From UHGV virus genome UHGV-0027388: DNA of 64,000 nt. One strand, given 5' to 3'. Source of the stretch: a virus. The notes beneath the pieces are model-generated. The model was not told the DNA's origin. It worked only from the letters and a program-made list of their open reading frames with translations, and made no database searches. This document shows positions 25,252 through 35,324 of this stretch, one piece after another. Positions within the stretch are counted from its first letter, which is position 1; the number at the start of each line of letters is the position of its first letter. The translations under genes were made by a program, and so were the position numbers.

Positions 25252-25530
25252 TCACGCATTGCTCTCCGGTTTCTCGACAGATGCCGCGCAAAGTTTGCTC
25301 ACTGCATCTAACACTTCGTCAACGCCCGGCATTTCGGTCAGATCAAGCGTCTCCTCGTACAGATCACGCGCCTCCTTATGGATGAACTCACTCGCCCAGT
25401 AGAAGAACTGGCTGTATTCCTCGGAATCTACCTCAGTTCCGATTTTGAGTTGGAAGTTCATGAAATCTGCGACCTGCTTTGCGCCATAGGCTACCTGACG
25501 GATGTTTTCAATCTTGGTATTCTTGTTCAT
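25252..25530 (-). CDS. divergent member of the acidic MTIRKSM/WxWAxxFI family
   Basis: QFFYWASEFIHKE aligns with AWFNWAFSFIGDE; RBS AAGGAGGA; divergent from the RHH gene. Confidence 0.55.
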   Translation of the reverse strand: MNKNTKIENIRQVAYGAKQVADFMNFQLKIGTEVDSEEYSQFFYWASEFIHKEARDLYEETLDLTEMPGVDEVLDAVSKLCAASVEKPESNA

Positions 25531-25621
25531 AGTAAAATCCTCCTTAAAGTATGTGTGGCTTACTGGGATGTCCTTATTCTAATATAATGGGGACAATATA
25601 TCAATTGCCGACTTACACAAA

Positions 25622-25665
25622 TATTGTACCCAATATATGTGTAAAGTGACTATTGTACCCAATAT
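25622..25665. promoter_or_regulatory. two 14-bp direct repeats ATTGTACCCAATAT (operators), the second overlapping the -35 of the RHH gene promoter
   Basis: repeats at 25622 and 25652; TTGTAC-17 nt-TATAAT (25676-25681). Confidence 0.55.
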
Positions 25666-25698
25666 GCGAATGAGATATAATGCAAAAGGGGTGATGCA

Positions 25699-25896
25699 AT
25701 GTCAGCAACTAAAGCACAGCAAAAGGCTGTTGCAAAGTATACTAAAGCAAATTATGACGAAATTAAGATTCGCACAGCAAAAGGCCAGAAAGCAGTAATC
25801 AAAGCCCACGCAGAAGCGCACGGAGAAAGCGTCAACGGTTTTATAGGCCGCGCAATCAATGAGACGATTGACAGAGACAACGCCGAAAGCAGATAA
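25699..25896 (+). CDS. Arc/MetJ-type RHH regulator (HGESVNGFI motif)
   Basis: 65 aa; RBS AAGGGGTGA; homologous to 59379..59567 and 3485..3826. Confidence 0.65.
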   Translation: MSATKAQQKAVAKYTKANYDEIKIRTAKGQKAVIKAHAEAHGESVNGFIGRAINETIDRDNAESR

Positions 25897-25909
25897 ACCA
25901 TTGAATTTT

Positions 25910-25938
25910 GTGCGTTATAGTTGACAATGCGTGGTAAA
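25910..25938 (+). promoter_or_regulatory. consensus promoter TTGACA-17 nt-TATATT at the head of the packaging/structural operon
   Basis: TTGACA at 25910-25915, TATATT at 25933-25938. Confidence 0.5.
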
Positions 25939-25947
25939 TAAAGTATA

Positions 25948-26004
25948 TTTATTTTGATAAACGGCGCACTCCGCGTCACCGACAAGGTGTATGGAGTGCG
26001 CCGT
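25948..26004 (+). terminator. strong hairpin (11-bp stem CGGCGCACTCC/GGAGTGCGCCG) plus T-run immediately downstream of that promoter
   Basis: stem 25951-25961 and 25982-25992, followed by TTTCTTTATTTA. Confidence 0.55.
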
Positions 26005-26038
26005 TTCTTTATTTACGGAGAAAGGGGGATGCAATCGG

Positions 26039-27145
26039 ATGAAGTACAGCGAGTTTGACGAGGACGAACTGGACGAACTGGATGAAGAATTCGACGATGA
26101 TCCGGATGAAACGGAAGATGCGGAAGAAGCCGTTGGTGAATCCAAGGGCACACGGGATTGGTCTGAGCGCGGGATGGCGGAAAAGGCCGTATTTGACCAG
26201 TTCGAGGCGGTCTTTGGAAAGAATCTTGCTGTGTTTTACTGCTGCGTCCGGTTTGACATTCCCTTTGAGACGAACTGCGTTCCTAAGAAACCAGTAGATA
26301 ACGCATGGGCGCTCTATAAGCGCCGTCTGCGCAAGAGAAAAGAATATCTCGGTGAGAATTTTGGTGGAAAAGGCTTTCTTGATGGAATGGCCGACATCAC
26401 CAAAATTTTTGGTGCAGACCTTACCCTAAAGGACTTCTCACGGGCAGTTGACGCGGAGGTTGCCGCCCGTGTGCGCCGCAATGGCACTAATAAGCAGAGG
26501 GCGGATTGGGGCACAAACGGCACCAAGAATCCGTACACGAACTACGACTACCAAGAACTGGACAGAACCTACGCTATTTTCTGCTCCCGTAAAAAGGGCG
26601 TTGGTTTGGATGAACAGCAGGAATATACTCTGCGTGAGTGCGCAAAGATGGACTTGGCAATGCAGAAAGCAATGCAAGCCGGAGACGTTCAGACCGCCGC
26701 AAAGTATCACGCTATGATTCAAAAGAGCCTTGAATCTGAAAGTATGCGCAAGAAGGATGAAAAACCAGTTGATGATTTGAGAATCGACGGCATCACAGAT
26801 GCGCTTGAAAAGAAGTATGGAATTGATCCTAACAAGATGCTCTCTAAAGAAGCGGTTCTGAAAGTGATCTATGAATGGATGCGCAGTAAGAAATATCCCG
26901 AAACGCTGGACTGCGCCCATAAAATCACACTGAGCATTATCAATGCAACGCGAATCAACAACGATGAACCACCGCTGCTTGACCTGCCAGAAGAACTTGA
27001 GTTCACCGACGATTACGGAGAGCTGGCAAAAGAGCCGAATGAAGCGGAACAAGCGGCATATGAGTATCTTGGATTGATCCGAGGGAATGGGAAGGCAAAC
27101 CCACCCACGGAAGAAAACGACAAGGACGAGATAGACGATGGCTAA
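26039..27145 (+). CDS. hypothetical phage protein with acidic N-terminus; possibly a small-terminase/packaging protein, by position only
   Basis: RBS AAGGGGGA; immediately upstream of the large terminase. Confidence 0.4.
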   Translation: MKYSEFDEDELDELDEEFDDDPDETEDAEEAVGESKGTRDWSERGMAEKAVFDQFEAVFGKNLAVFYCCVRFDIPFETNCVPKKPVDNAWALYKRRLRKRKEYLGENFGGKGFLDGMADITKIFGADLTLKDFSRAVDAEVAARVRRNGTNKQRADWGTNGTKNPYTNYDYQELDRTYAIFCSRKKGVGLDEQQEYTLRECAKMDLAMQKAMQAGDVQTAAKYHAMIQKSLESESMRKKDEKPVDDLRIDGITDALEKKYGIDPNKMLSKEAVLKVIYEWMRSKKYPETLDCAHKITLSIINATRINNDEPPLLDLPEELEFTDDYGELAKEPNEAEQAAYEYLGLIRGNGKANPPTEENDKDEIDDG

Positions 27146-29003
27146 GAGAGGCGGCAAAGTCTGGGTGTCCAGCATAGGCTGGGTCACTAAGAAAACCACA
27201 GAAGCAATCGACTATGCAGAGTTCCAAGAGGACGGCTGGGCACTGCTGATTTCATTCATTAGATGGTTTCCAGACTTCCTTCTTGATCTGATGCGTTCAG
27301 ATGAAGCAGATTACCAGAATGAGGAACTCATTCAGAGAGTCATGATGCGGGCTATGGCTGAATACCAGTATGTTGATATTACAGGTTGCCGTGGCCTGAC
27401 AAAGACGAACACAACGTTCAAAGAAGAGTATGTAGAAGCCCTAGTTTGGCCGGGAACTAAAACTGCTTACTACGGCCCTTCCTATAAACAGCTTGCCAAG
27501 ATTGGAAGTAAGACCCACCAACAGCTTGAACACGACTACCCCGGTATAACCAAACACTTTGTGGTGGAAGCAGAGTCCGTTGATAGATTTGAGCTGTCTA
27601 CACAGTTCCACTCCACATTTGCTATTACTGCAATTCGTGGCGATAACATCCACAAGGTCATTGCAGAAGAATATGCACAGGAAGAAAACCCTGCATTCGA
27701 CTACGAGGAATATAAACGTGTCGTTCTTCCTGCTGTCCGTCTGCAACATATGGTGAATGGACGACCCGACCCGACATATGTTCGCTTCAAACAGCACAGC
27801 ATAACGTCAGCTGGACGCAGACAGAACCACAGCTACGAAACCAGAAGCAGGCACTACCAGATGATGCAGCGCGGAGAAAGCGCGTTCGTGATGGATGTTC
27901 CGTTCGCTGTTCCGCTCCTGTCTCAAATGCGGCCCATTCAATGGGCACAGAACCTTAAAACGGAGTTGACCCCGGAAGAGTGGGCAAGAGAAATGGACAG
28001 CAGATATACAGGCGCAGACGCAAATCCTATTGTCAGTGACGAGGATTTGCATGAAAGCAGAAGCCTGATGCTGATGGAAGAACACCACTGCTGCAAAGAC
28101 CAAGGATGTAAGTTAAATCCAGAGGATGTTATCTATATTGTCTGCTATGACGTTTCATATGAGGACAACAAGCGGAACGCAAAATGCGCCTGTTGCGTCC
28201 TGAAACTGACAAAACAGAGCGACTTTTTAAAGCGCGACAAATACCTAAAGCAGGTTGTTTGGGTAGACGATTGGCCGCCGCCTCCAACCAGTATGATGCA
28301 GGCCAGAAAGCTAAAGCAGATTTGGTATAAATACTGCATAGAGGGTGGAAACACAACCTATATTGCAATCGACGGTTGGCAGTACGGTAAATCCGTTGTT
28401 GAAAACCTCATGATGGATTTAGGAGATGGCGTTTCTCCGCTTTGTATTGTTGACCATGCGCAATACACAGAATTGGAGCTTGAGGGTGCGCTTCCCGTTA
28501 TATACGCCATAAAGGCGGGCGGTGCTGGCGCGACAGACCCGGATAGTGAAATGGTGCGAAACGCAGAGCTTCAATTCGTCAACCATAATGTCCAACTACT
28601 AACATTCAATAGATACGAGGGTGTGGAAGCCTACAAAAAGGCCCATCGTATTAAAGACGACTATATGGATGCCGTTATAGACACACCATATAAAAAGACA
28701 ACAGCTCTTGTTGGACAGATTCAGAACCTAAAAAAGGTTCCAAGTGGTGCTGGATTCAGCGAAAAGCGCATTTCAAAGCACATTCAACGTGATAGTTGGT
28801 CTGCGTTGAAATACGGTTTGAGAATCGCCCAGAGGCTTGAATGGAAGAACCTGATGCGGGCTGAGAAAAAATCAGATTGGGACGAAGAGCTGAATAAATA
28901 TCGCGGCAAATCGGAACTGAAAACCAGAAGCGTAGTTGGCACCACGGGCGGAACATTCGGCGGTCGAATGATCGGCACAAGAAGGGGCGGGAGAATTTCG
29001 TAA
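27138..29003 (+). CDS. terminase large subunit
   Basis: 621 aa; Walker-A-like GCRGLTKT and a C-terminal nuclease-like acidic core; position before portal. Confidence 0.7.
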   Translation: MAKRGGKVWVSSIGWVTKKTTEAIDYAEFQEDGWALLISFIRWFPDFLLDLMRSDEADYQNEELIQRVMMRAMAEYQYVDITGCRGLTKTNTTFKEEYVEALVWPGTKTAYYGPSYKQLAKIGSKTHQQLEHDYPGITKHFVVEAESVDRFELSTQFHSTFAITAIRGDNIHKVIAEEYAQEENPAFDYEEYKRVVLPAVRLQHMVNGRPDPTYVRFKQHSITSAGRRQNHSYETRSRHYQMMQRGESAFVMDVPFAVPLLSQMRPIQWAQNLKTELTPEEWAREMDSRYTGADANPIVSDEDLHESRSLMLMEEHHCCKDQGCKLNPEDVIYIVCYDVSYEDNKRNAKCACCVLKLTKQSDFLKRDKYLKQVVWVDDWPPPPTSMMQARKLKQIWYKYCIEGGNTTYIAIDGWQYGKSVVENLMMDLGDGVSPLCIVDHAQYTELELEGALPVIYAIKAGGAGATDPDSEMVRNAELQFVNHNVQLLTFNRYEGVEAYKKAHRIKDDYMDAVIDTPYKKTTALVGQIQNLKKVPSGAGFSEKRISKHIQRDSWSALKYGLRIAQRLEWKNLMRAEKKSDWDEELNKYRGKSELKTRSVVGTTGGTFGGRMIGTRRGGRIS

Positions 29004-29004
29004 T

Positions 29005-29340
29005 ATGGCAAGAAAAAAGAAATATCGCCTGTTCGCACTTCGACCGGATGAGAGCGGCGTAAAGTGTGCGACCGAAAGCGAGTTTAGCCGCATTACTCCC
29101 AAATACGTTCTGATCTATAAATCTGGCAGAAAGCCAGAGAATAGCGTAGAGATAAAGAGTGCAGACCTGGATCGCCTGACTTTGGCTGATGAACAGTGGC
29201 TATTTGAGTCAAATCTTAAAATCATTGCAAACGAAGCAAGGAAGAAGCGCCCGGAAACGGAAGCAAAACTGAACGCAATGGTTGAGAGTTTGCAAAAGGC
29301 GCTGGAAGAGGAAAGAAAAAAAGAGGAGGGTGCAATTTGA
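29005..29340 (+). CDS. hypothetical phage protein
   Basis: ORF. Confidence 0.45.
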   Translation: MARKKKYRLFALRPDESGVKCATESEFSRITPKYVLIYKSGRKPENSVEIKSADLDRLTLADEQWLFESNLKIIANEARKKRPETEAKLNAMVESLQKALEEERKKEEGAI

Positions 29341-31130
29341 ATCGTTTTGCAGAAATGCGGGAAATGCAGTTCTCCTCTTTTCCTAAGATTTATGAAAAGA
29401 TGCGCCAGCTTTCAAAGCAGTATGGCGATATGTCAACGGGGAGCCTGATTTCCGCTTTTACAAAGGCCACAAGCGGGCAATATTCGCTCGGAAATCCCTA
29501 CATTCAGAACAGGAGAGTTAAGGAAATATCCTCACTCCCCAGAGATTACAGCAAAGACCAGGTTGTTGAAATGCTCCGCAACCCAAACGGAAACGAAAAG
29601 CCGCTGAGAGAGGTTGCGCACACGTTGGAATATACGGCATACCCGCAGTTCCACCTACGAAAAGTATATCAAGAACTTCTGACGTACCACAACTTTATTT
29701 CCCCCGCTTATGCAGATGAGACAGATGTTAAGTCTCAGGACTTCTGGCGGGAGTGGAAGTTACTTGAGAAAATCAGAGCTGAACTGAACCCTGCCGATGT
29801 GGCACATAAAGCAGCAGGACAAGCACTCGTTGAAGGGAAGGTATTCTACCACCCCAGAGTGAGCGCAGACAAGGCGCACAATTCCGTCAATCATGCGTTC
29901 GTTCAGCAGCTTCCCTCTGACTGGACTAAGATTGTGGGATTCAACAACAAGAGCAAATATACCATTGCTTTCAACCTTTTCTATTTTTTGCAACCCGGCG
30001 CTGACCCGCTCCAATTCGGAAAATTGTTCTTGCCGTATCTCGACCAATTCAACGACGTGTTGAACATTGCTCCACCCGCCGGAACCGGAAAGGGAATTGT
30101 GTACGCTTCAACTCAGAATGTGGCCGTTGACATGAACAAATTCAACAAGATGAGTCAGACTCGCCACCTGAACGGAAATCCAGATGTTTACTATCAGGGT
30201 GGAAAATGGTTCTACTGGGTCACACTTCCTGTTGACAGCGTTTTCACATTTGAAGTCGATGACGCGAATGCAAATGTTGTTTCTCCGTTTACCGGGCTAT
30301 ATATATCAATGCTACAAATTGCCCAGTACGAGCAAATCCAGCTTGAGCTTGTTCAAAACCCGTTAATTGCCCTCATCACTGGCGAGATACCTTATAGAGA
30401 TGACAACAAGGCTGATGCAGACGATGCATACAAGCTGTCTAATGCAGGGCGGCAGCTATTTGAAGCCCTCTGGTATCAGATGATGAGCGAGAACAATACG
30501 AGCGGCATTGGCTTGTACATGGCTCCGTTGGAGAACATCACGATGCATCAGTTAGCCGAAGCACCGTCCGCGACAGAAATAAGCACCAACGGGTACAGTT
30601 ACACCATCGATAAAGCCGGTATGGCGGGAATTATCCCGACAAGCGGAGATACAAGAGCTGGAACAGCAAATATATCCTACGCGATTGAAAGTAAGTTTGC
30701 TCAACCGATATACTCTTGCATGGAAAACATGATGTGCCGCATCATAGCTGGACTCCACCTTAAATATGATTGGGAGTTTAAAATGTTCGGCTCCCTTGCG
30801 ACAGACGAGAAGATGGAGGAGGCGTCCAGAACAGGCGCTACGCTAGGCATAATGAGTGACCAGCTCACATATCTGGCATTGCACGACCGAAGCCTGTTGA
30901 ACGATATTTCCATTTCCAGAGCCATAGATGCAAGCGGAATCATGGAGCTGAGAAAGCCGCTTTCAAGCACTTTTGGCGCAAGCAAGGATTCCAGTTCGTC
31001 CAATAGCGGTGAGAAAGAAAAAGCAGAATCGCCAGAGATTAAGAAATCGCTGAATCCGGGCGGGCGCCCTTCCACAGGAGATGCAGCAACCACGGATGGA
31101 CAGGAAGGCGATTTGGACAGCGGGGTGTAA
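29337..31130 (+). CDS. portal protein (probable)
   Basis: 597 aa gene directly after the large terminase. Confidence 0.55.
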   Translation: MNRFAEMREMQFSSFPKIYEKMRQLSKQYGDMSTGSLISAFTKATSGQYSLGNPYIQNRRVKEISSLPRDYSKDQVVEMLRNPNGNEKPLREVAHTLEYTAYPQFHLRKVYQELLTYHNFISPAYADETDVKSQDFWREWKLLEKIRAELNPADVAHKAAGQALVEGKVFYHPRVSADKAHNSVNHAFVQQLPSDWTKIVGFNNKSKYTIAFNLFYFLQPGADPLQFGKLFLPYLDQFNDVLNIAPPAGTGKGIVYASTQNVAVDMNKFNKMSQTRHLNGNPDVYYQGGKWFYWVTLPVDSVFTFEVDDANANVVSPFTGLYISMLQIAQYEQIQLELVQNPLIALITGEIPYRDDNKADADDAYKLSNAGRQLFEALWYQMMSENNTSGIGLYMAPLENITMHQLAEAPSATEISTNGYSYTIDKAGMAGIIPTSGDTRAGTANISYAIESKFAQPIYSCMENMMCRIIAGLHLKYDWEFKMFGSLATDEKMEEASRTGATLGIMSDQLTYLALHDRSLLNDISISRAIDASGIMELRKPLSSTFGASKDSSSSNSGEKEKAESPEIKKSLNPGGRPSTGDAATTDGQEGDLDSGV

Positions 31131-31132
31131 TA

Positions 31133-31296
31133 TGGCAATTTACTTGACTGCTGATGACCTGCATTGCATCAACCAAGCCTTGAGCAAGGGTGATGATGTG
31201 GAGATACGAAAAACACCGGATGGTGTCAAAATCACCGCCAAGTCCGTGAGAACCATAAAGAAGAAGCAGGAGCGAAAACTTCCTAACACAAAATGA
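31133..31296 (+). CDS. small hypothetical protein (54 aa)
   Basis: ATG 31133. Confidence 0.3.
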
Positions 31297-31408
31297 ACAC
31301 TATTCCACTCCGCAAACGGGCAGAGTGAAGAGCCAAACGGGGCTGAATTTGTACAATTTTCGTACAGGTTCAGCCCCGTTTTTATATCCCGGAAAAGGAG
31401 GTGAAAGC

Positions 31409-31951
31409 ATGGCTAAAGCATATGACATTTTCAATTATGATAGCGCCCTATATGGCGTTATGCGAGACCCGACAAGACGTGCCACTCAGGCTTGCCAGAA
31501 CGCAAACAGGGCGCTAGATACGCTGAAAGAGAGAGTTCTCATCGAGTTTGGACTTCCGAACACATCTGAATACATCCACAATCTCGCCCACTGGTTTCCA
31601 CCATTCTTTGACAGAATCGGAGACATACTGCATCAACGGCATCTGACACAGGAGTATCCAGAAACACCGGAATATAAGGAACGGCCAGCAGACTTGGACG
31701 GAGTTTTCGGAGAGATTATCCGACTACTAGACGAAGTTCAAAATGCGCTCCATCAATGCGTAGTGACTGCGGATGATAATAACCTATATCCACTAGGCAG
31801 ACAGTTTGAGAACCTAGAAGCAGATAACTCTAAGCTATATGAGCAAATCTTGTACGCATGGAATATGTTTGACGCTTCCGAGGACAGCGCCACCAGCTAC
31901 GACAACTGGGTTGCCCAGTATCTACTTAAAGATTGGACTGATGAGCATTGA
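31409..31951 (+). CDS. hypothetical phage protein
   Basis: strong RBS AAAGGAGGTGA before ATG 31409. Confidence 0.5.
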   Translation: MAKAYDIFNYDSALYGVMRDPTRRATQACQNANRALDTLKERVLIEFGLPNTSEYIHNLAHWFPPFFDRIGDILHQRHLTQEYPETPEYKERPADLDGVFGEIIRLLDEVQNALHQCVVTADDNNLYPLGRQFENLEADNSKLYEQILYAWNMFDASEDSATSYDNWVAQYLLKDWTDEH

Positions 31952-33315
31952 GCAGATTTAAGACACCGAACCGCGAATACGGGGCGGGCGAACTGAAAGT
32001 GCTACAACGGCTCAATAAATACGAATTTGCCGTAGAGCTTTGGGTTATGCGTGAAGGCCCTAATAGAAACAAATGGGACTACCGTAATATAAGGGAACAC
32101 TATCTCTCATTCCGTGGAGCGCCTATCCTGTGCGCCTACGTTGGACGAGAAATAGGAGACGGCCACAATATGCGGGAAACCAGAAACCCCAAGACAGGAG
32201 AAAGCTACTACACATTCACAGACGGAACCGCCGAACGAATTGTAGGAACTATTTCCGACGATGAGAAAGACCTATCTCTCGCTGAGAGGGACGGCCATAC
32301 ATGGATTGTAGCCAAAGGACGGCTTTGGTCGTTCTACGCCCCGGAACTGGTTGACAAAATCGTGCGTACAGGGCGCATGGAGGTGTCCGCCGAGACTGAG
32401 GTTGAGCCAGGGGAGAAAGACGAAAAAGGAAATGAAGTCTATACGAACTGGACGGGCGTTGGTGTCACGATCCTCGGCGACAATGTACCACCTGCTATTC
32501 CGGGTGCCAGAATTGCCGCACTAACCGCAATGCAGAACGAATTTAAGGAAATGAAGCTCCGTGTTGCATCGCTTTCCAGCGAACAAAACAAGCCGAATTC
32601 AACCCGAAAAGGAGTGAAACAAATGAACAACAAGCAGGCAATTTCCCGCCTTGCTTCCAAGTTCGACGGTTATAGAATCGTCGGCCTGTCCGAAGATGGC
32701 ATGAGAGCCGCACTGGTGGATTCCGCCGGTCGTGCTTACAGCTATACCTTTAATCAGGAGGACGGAGAGGAAATTATTCAAGCTCGTATCAAGCCCGCAA
32801 ACCTGTCTGCTTTCTATCGTTTCGACGGAGAGGACGCAGATGTTTATGTGGACATTGCAGACATCACAGAGTATGTCGCCGCAAATGCCCGCACAAAGAG
32901 CGAGTCAGACGATGCCAAGATTGCCGATCTCAGCAAGCAGCTCAGTGACGCTACAGCCGAGCTTGAAACCATGCGCAAGGCAGAACACGCCCGCCGCATC
33001 CAGTCCGTGAAAGATATTCTGAAAGCGACTGTCGCTTCAATTCGTAAAGCCGCCGATGACGAAGATGATGATCCGGCTGATGATGCGGATGAAATTGAGA
33101 AGAACGCCGAGGACTACGCTTGCATGGAAGCTGACGGTAAGTTTGTGGGCGACCAGAAGGCCGCACACGATCTGATGGCGCGTTGCATGGAAAAGAAGCT
33201 AAAGAGAGCCAATAACTCCCGTAAGAAGGCCTACATTTGGGATTCTGACAACGGCGAAGATGGCGGCTCCGACTCCGGCATCGACGAACTGCTGTCCTAC
33301 TTCGATAACAAGTAA
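31948..33315 (+). CDS. head morphogenesis protein (possible prohead protease/scaffold)
   Basis: 455 aa with coiled-coil acidic C-terminal half; position between portal and capsid. Confidence 0.4.
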   Translation: MSRFKTPNREYGAGELKVLQRLNKYEFAVELWVMREGPNRNKWDYRNIREHYLSFRGAPILCAYVGREIGDGHNMRETRNPKTGESYYTFTDGTAERIVGTISDDEKDLSLAERDGHTWIVAKGRLWSFYAPELVDKIVRTGRMEVSAETEVEPGEKDEKGNEVYTNWTGVGVTILGDNVPPAIPGARIAALTAMQNEFKEMKLRVASLSSEQNKPNSTRKGVKQMNNKQAISRLASKFDGYRIVGLSEDGMRAALVDSAGRAYSYTFNQEDGEEIIQARIKPANLSAFYRFDGEDADVYVDIADITEYVAANARTKSESDDAKIADLSKQLSDATAELETMRKAEHARRIQSVKDILKATVASIRKAADDEDDDPADDADEIEKNAEDYACMEADGKFVGDQKAAHDLMARCMEKKLKRANNSRKKAYIWDSDNGEDGGSDSGIDELLSYFDNK

Positions 33316-33329
33316 AGGAGTGATATAAA

Positions 33330-33953
33330 ATGGCAACTATCGCTAAGACTGCGTTTGAGGTCAAAATCTCCAACCATGAGTTTGACTCCATCGCTAACAT
33401 TACGGGCTATTTCCAGACTGATGGCGCGGCTGACATTTGCCCTGCCGGTATGCTGTGCATTCGTGACACGCTGACTGACAACGACGGCTATACATCAGTT
33501 GGCCCCAGCGATGCGCAGGTCACTATCAAGAACATGAACACATGGACAATGAAGGTTGCACCCGCCGCCACCGCCGCTCAGACTGGCATTTATGCTTGCA
33601 ATCCTTTTGATGTCAACATGATTACCGACCCAGTTACTGGTGCCGTTTACAAGGTCGGCTCCAACACGCTAGGCCTTCCCGCTCCTGCCGGATACCCCGT
33701 CACATTCACCAAGATTGAGTTCAACAACAACAATGTGTACCGATTCGGCGTGGGTAATGTCAACGGGACTGTCACAAACCAGACATTCTTCACGATTGCA
33801 AACGGCCTGCTCGTTCCCGCTGCCGCTGCGCCCACTACGGCTGATGCTCCGTACTTCCAGCTTGTCGGAAGCGGCACATTTACCGTTGGAGCCTCTGCTG
33901 GATTCGGCTACTATGATCTCCGCGCCTGCAAGACTGTGGCCGCTGCGGGCTAA
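33330..33953 (+). CDS. hypothetical structural protein (possible head decoration)
   Basis: Ala/Gly/Thr-rich 207 aa with strong RBS. Confidence 0.4.
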   Translation: MATIAKTAFEVKISNHEFDSIANITGYFQTDGAADICPAGMLCIRDTLTDNDGYTSVGPSDAQVTIKNMNTWTMKVAPAATAAQTGIYACNPFDVNMITDPVTGAVYKVGSNTLGLPAPAGYPVTFTKIEFNNNNVYRFGVGNVNGTVTNQTFFTIANGLLVPAAAAPTTADAPYFQLVGSGTFTVGASAGFGYYDLRACKTVAAAG

Positions 33954-33972
33954 CGGAAAGGAGTGATTTTAA

Positions 33973-35217
33973 ATGGCAATTAACTTTAACAGCATCAATC
34001 CTGATGTTTACAACGTAAACTCCGCTGAGTTTAACGGTGTTGAGCGTGAGCGCGCCAATATCGTTGCTATGGGACGCCTTCTGATGGCCGAGCGAAACGG
34101 ACGCGACCTCAACAGTCTGCGCGCACTTGAGAACAAGGCCGCAGAGTACACCCCCCGCCTGTCAGATACTGGCGGAAAGAGCTATGCTGACATGAACCAG
34201 AAGATGCAGCGGACTCTGATGCTCTTCTGCGCTAAGCGTGCTTGCTCAGCTACTGGTGCTGTGGCTCCCGCCACCTATCAGGATTTCCTCAAGGCGCAGC
34301 GCCGCTTTATGAGCGACCGTACCTTCCTGAACACCCTGCAAGGAATTATCCGCGAGGTAGTTACTCCCATCATCCCAACCACCATGAGCAACGCCGTCTC
34401 TTGGTTTGCCGATACCGTTAGCGTTCCTCTGGGCCAGACCTATGAGTTGGATGTTGCCAGCAACGACTTCTTTGTGTTCGAGGATGATTCCTGGGGCGCT
34501 TCCCGTTCCAAGCCCTCTAACTACCTCTACAGCCAGCCAATCACCATCAATCCCACTCTGCGCACCGCAAAGTCCACTGTTAAGTGGTATCAGCTGGTCG
34601 GAAATAACGCCGATCTGGGCCATGTGTTTAATGCTATTGCCGCTGGTATGTACAGCAAGATTGTCGCCCTGTGGAACAAGGCTATGACAAAGGTCGGAGA
34701 CACCGGCTCCACCTACGTTCCTTCTGGCCTGCGTTTCACCAACACATCCAAGAACTGGGTTAAGGCCGCCGAACGTGTGAGCATGGTCAACGGAACTCAG
34801 TACAGCAATATCGTTGCTATCGGTATGCCGTCTGCCCTGAGCACAGCTCTTCCTTCCGGCATTGTGAACGGCTCCAGCACGAATCTTGACGCGGCTCTGT
34901 CTACCATGCTTGGTCTGGACTATACCCGTTACGGATTCATGGGCGAGTACATGGGTGTTCGTCTGCATCCTCTACAGGGCGCTATTGTCCCAGGCACTCA
35001 GAACAGCACTGTGACCAACATCGTCCCCGACAATAAGATTTGGATGATGGCCACCGCTGGCTACAAGCCCGTTTACATCGGTCTTGAGGAGGGCGGAGAC
35101 ATTACTATCCAGCTCGACCCCAGCGAGACTGCGGACATGACCATCGACATCATGGTTTCTATGAGCATCGAGGCCGTTCCTGTCTGCGCGTCCAAGATTG
35201 CCATTATCACCGTGTGA
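33973..35217 (+). CDS. major capsid protein (probable)
   Basis: 414 aa with strong RBS AAAGGAGTGA, in the head module. Confidence 0.5.
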   Translation: MAINFNSINPDVYNVNSAEFNGVERERANIVAMGRLLMAERNGRDLNSLRALENKAAEYTPRLSDTGGKSYADMNQKMQRTLMLFCAKRACSATGAVAPATYQDFLKAQRRFMSDRTFLNTLQGIIREVVTPIIPTTMSNAVSWFADTVSVPLGQTYELDVASNDFFVFEDDSWGASRSKPSNYLYSQPITINPTLRTAKSTVKWYQLVGNNADLGHVFNAIAAGMYSKIVALWNKAMTKVGDTGSTYVPSGLRFTNTSKNWVKAAERVSMVNGTQYSNIVAIGMPSALSTALPSGIVNGSSTNLDAALSTMLGLDYTRYGFMGEYMGVRLHPLQGAIVPGTQNSTVTNIVPDNKIWMMATAGYKPVYIGLEEGGDITIQLDPSETADMTIDIMVSMSIEAVPVCASKIAIITV

Positions 35218-35324
35218 TACGGCACCAGAGGCGGTTATTCCGCCTCTGGATATGCAGATAAGGGTATAGCGCCGGTTCAACTCCGGCAATCTGCCTACAA
35301 AGCCGAAAACAAGGAGGAATTGAT

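Noticed and set aside
26438-27227. 253-aa minus-strand ORF overlapping the 26039 gene and the large terminase
   Set aside because: It is antisense to two collinear late genes and shows no RBS and no domain-like features.
34246-34968. 240-aa minus-strand ORF inside the putative capsid gene
   Set aside because: It is an antisense artefact in a GC-rich coding region.
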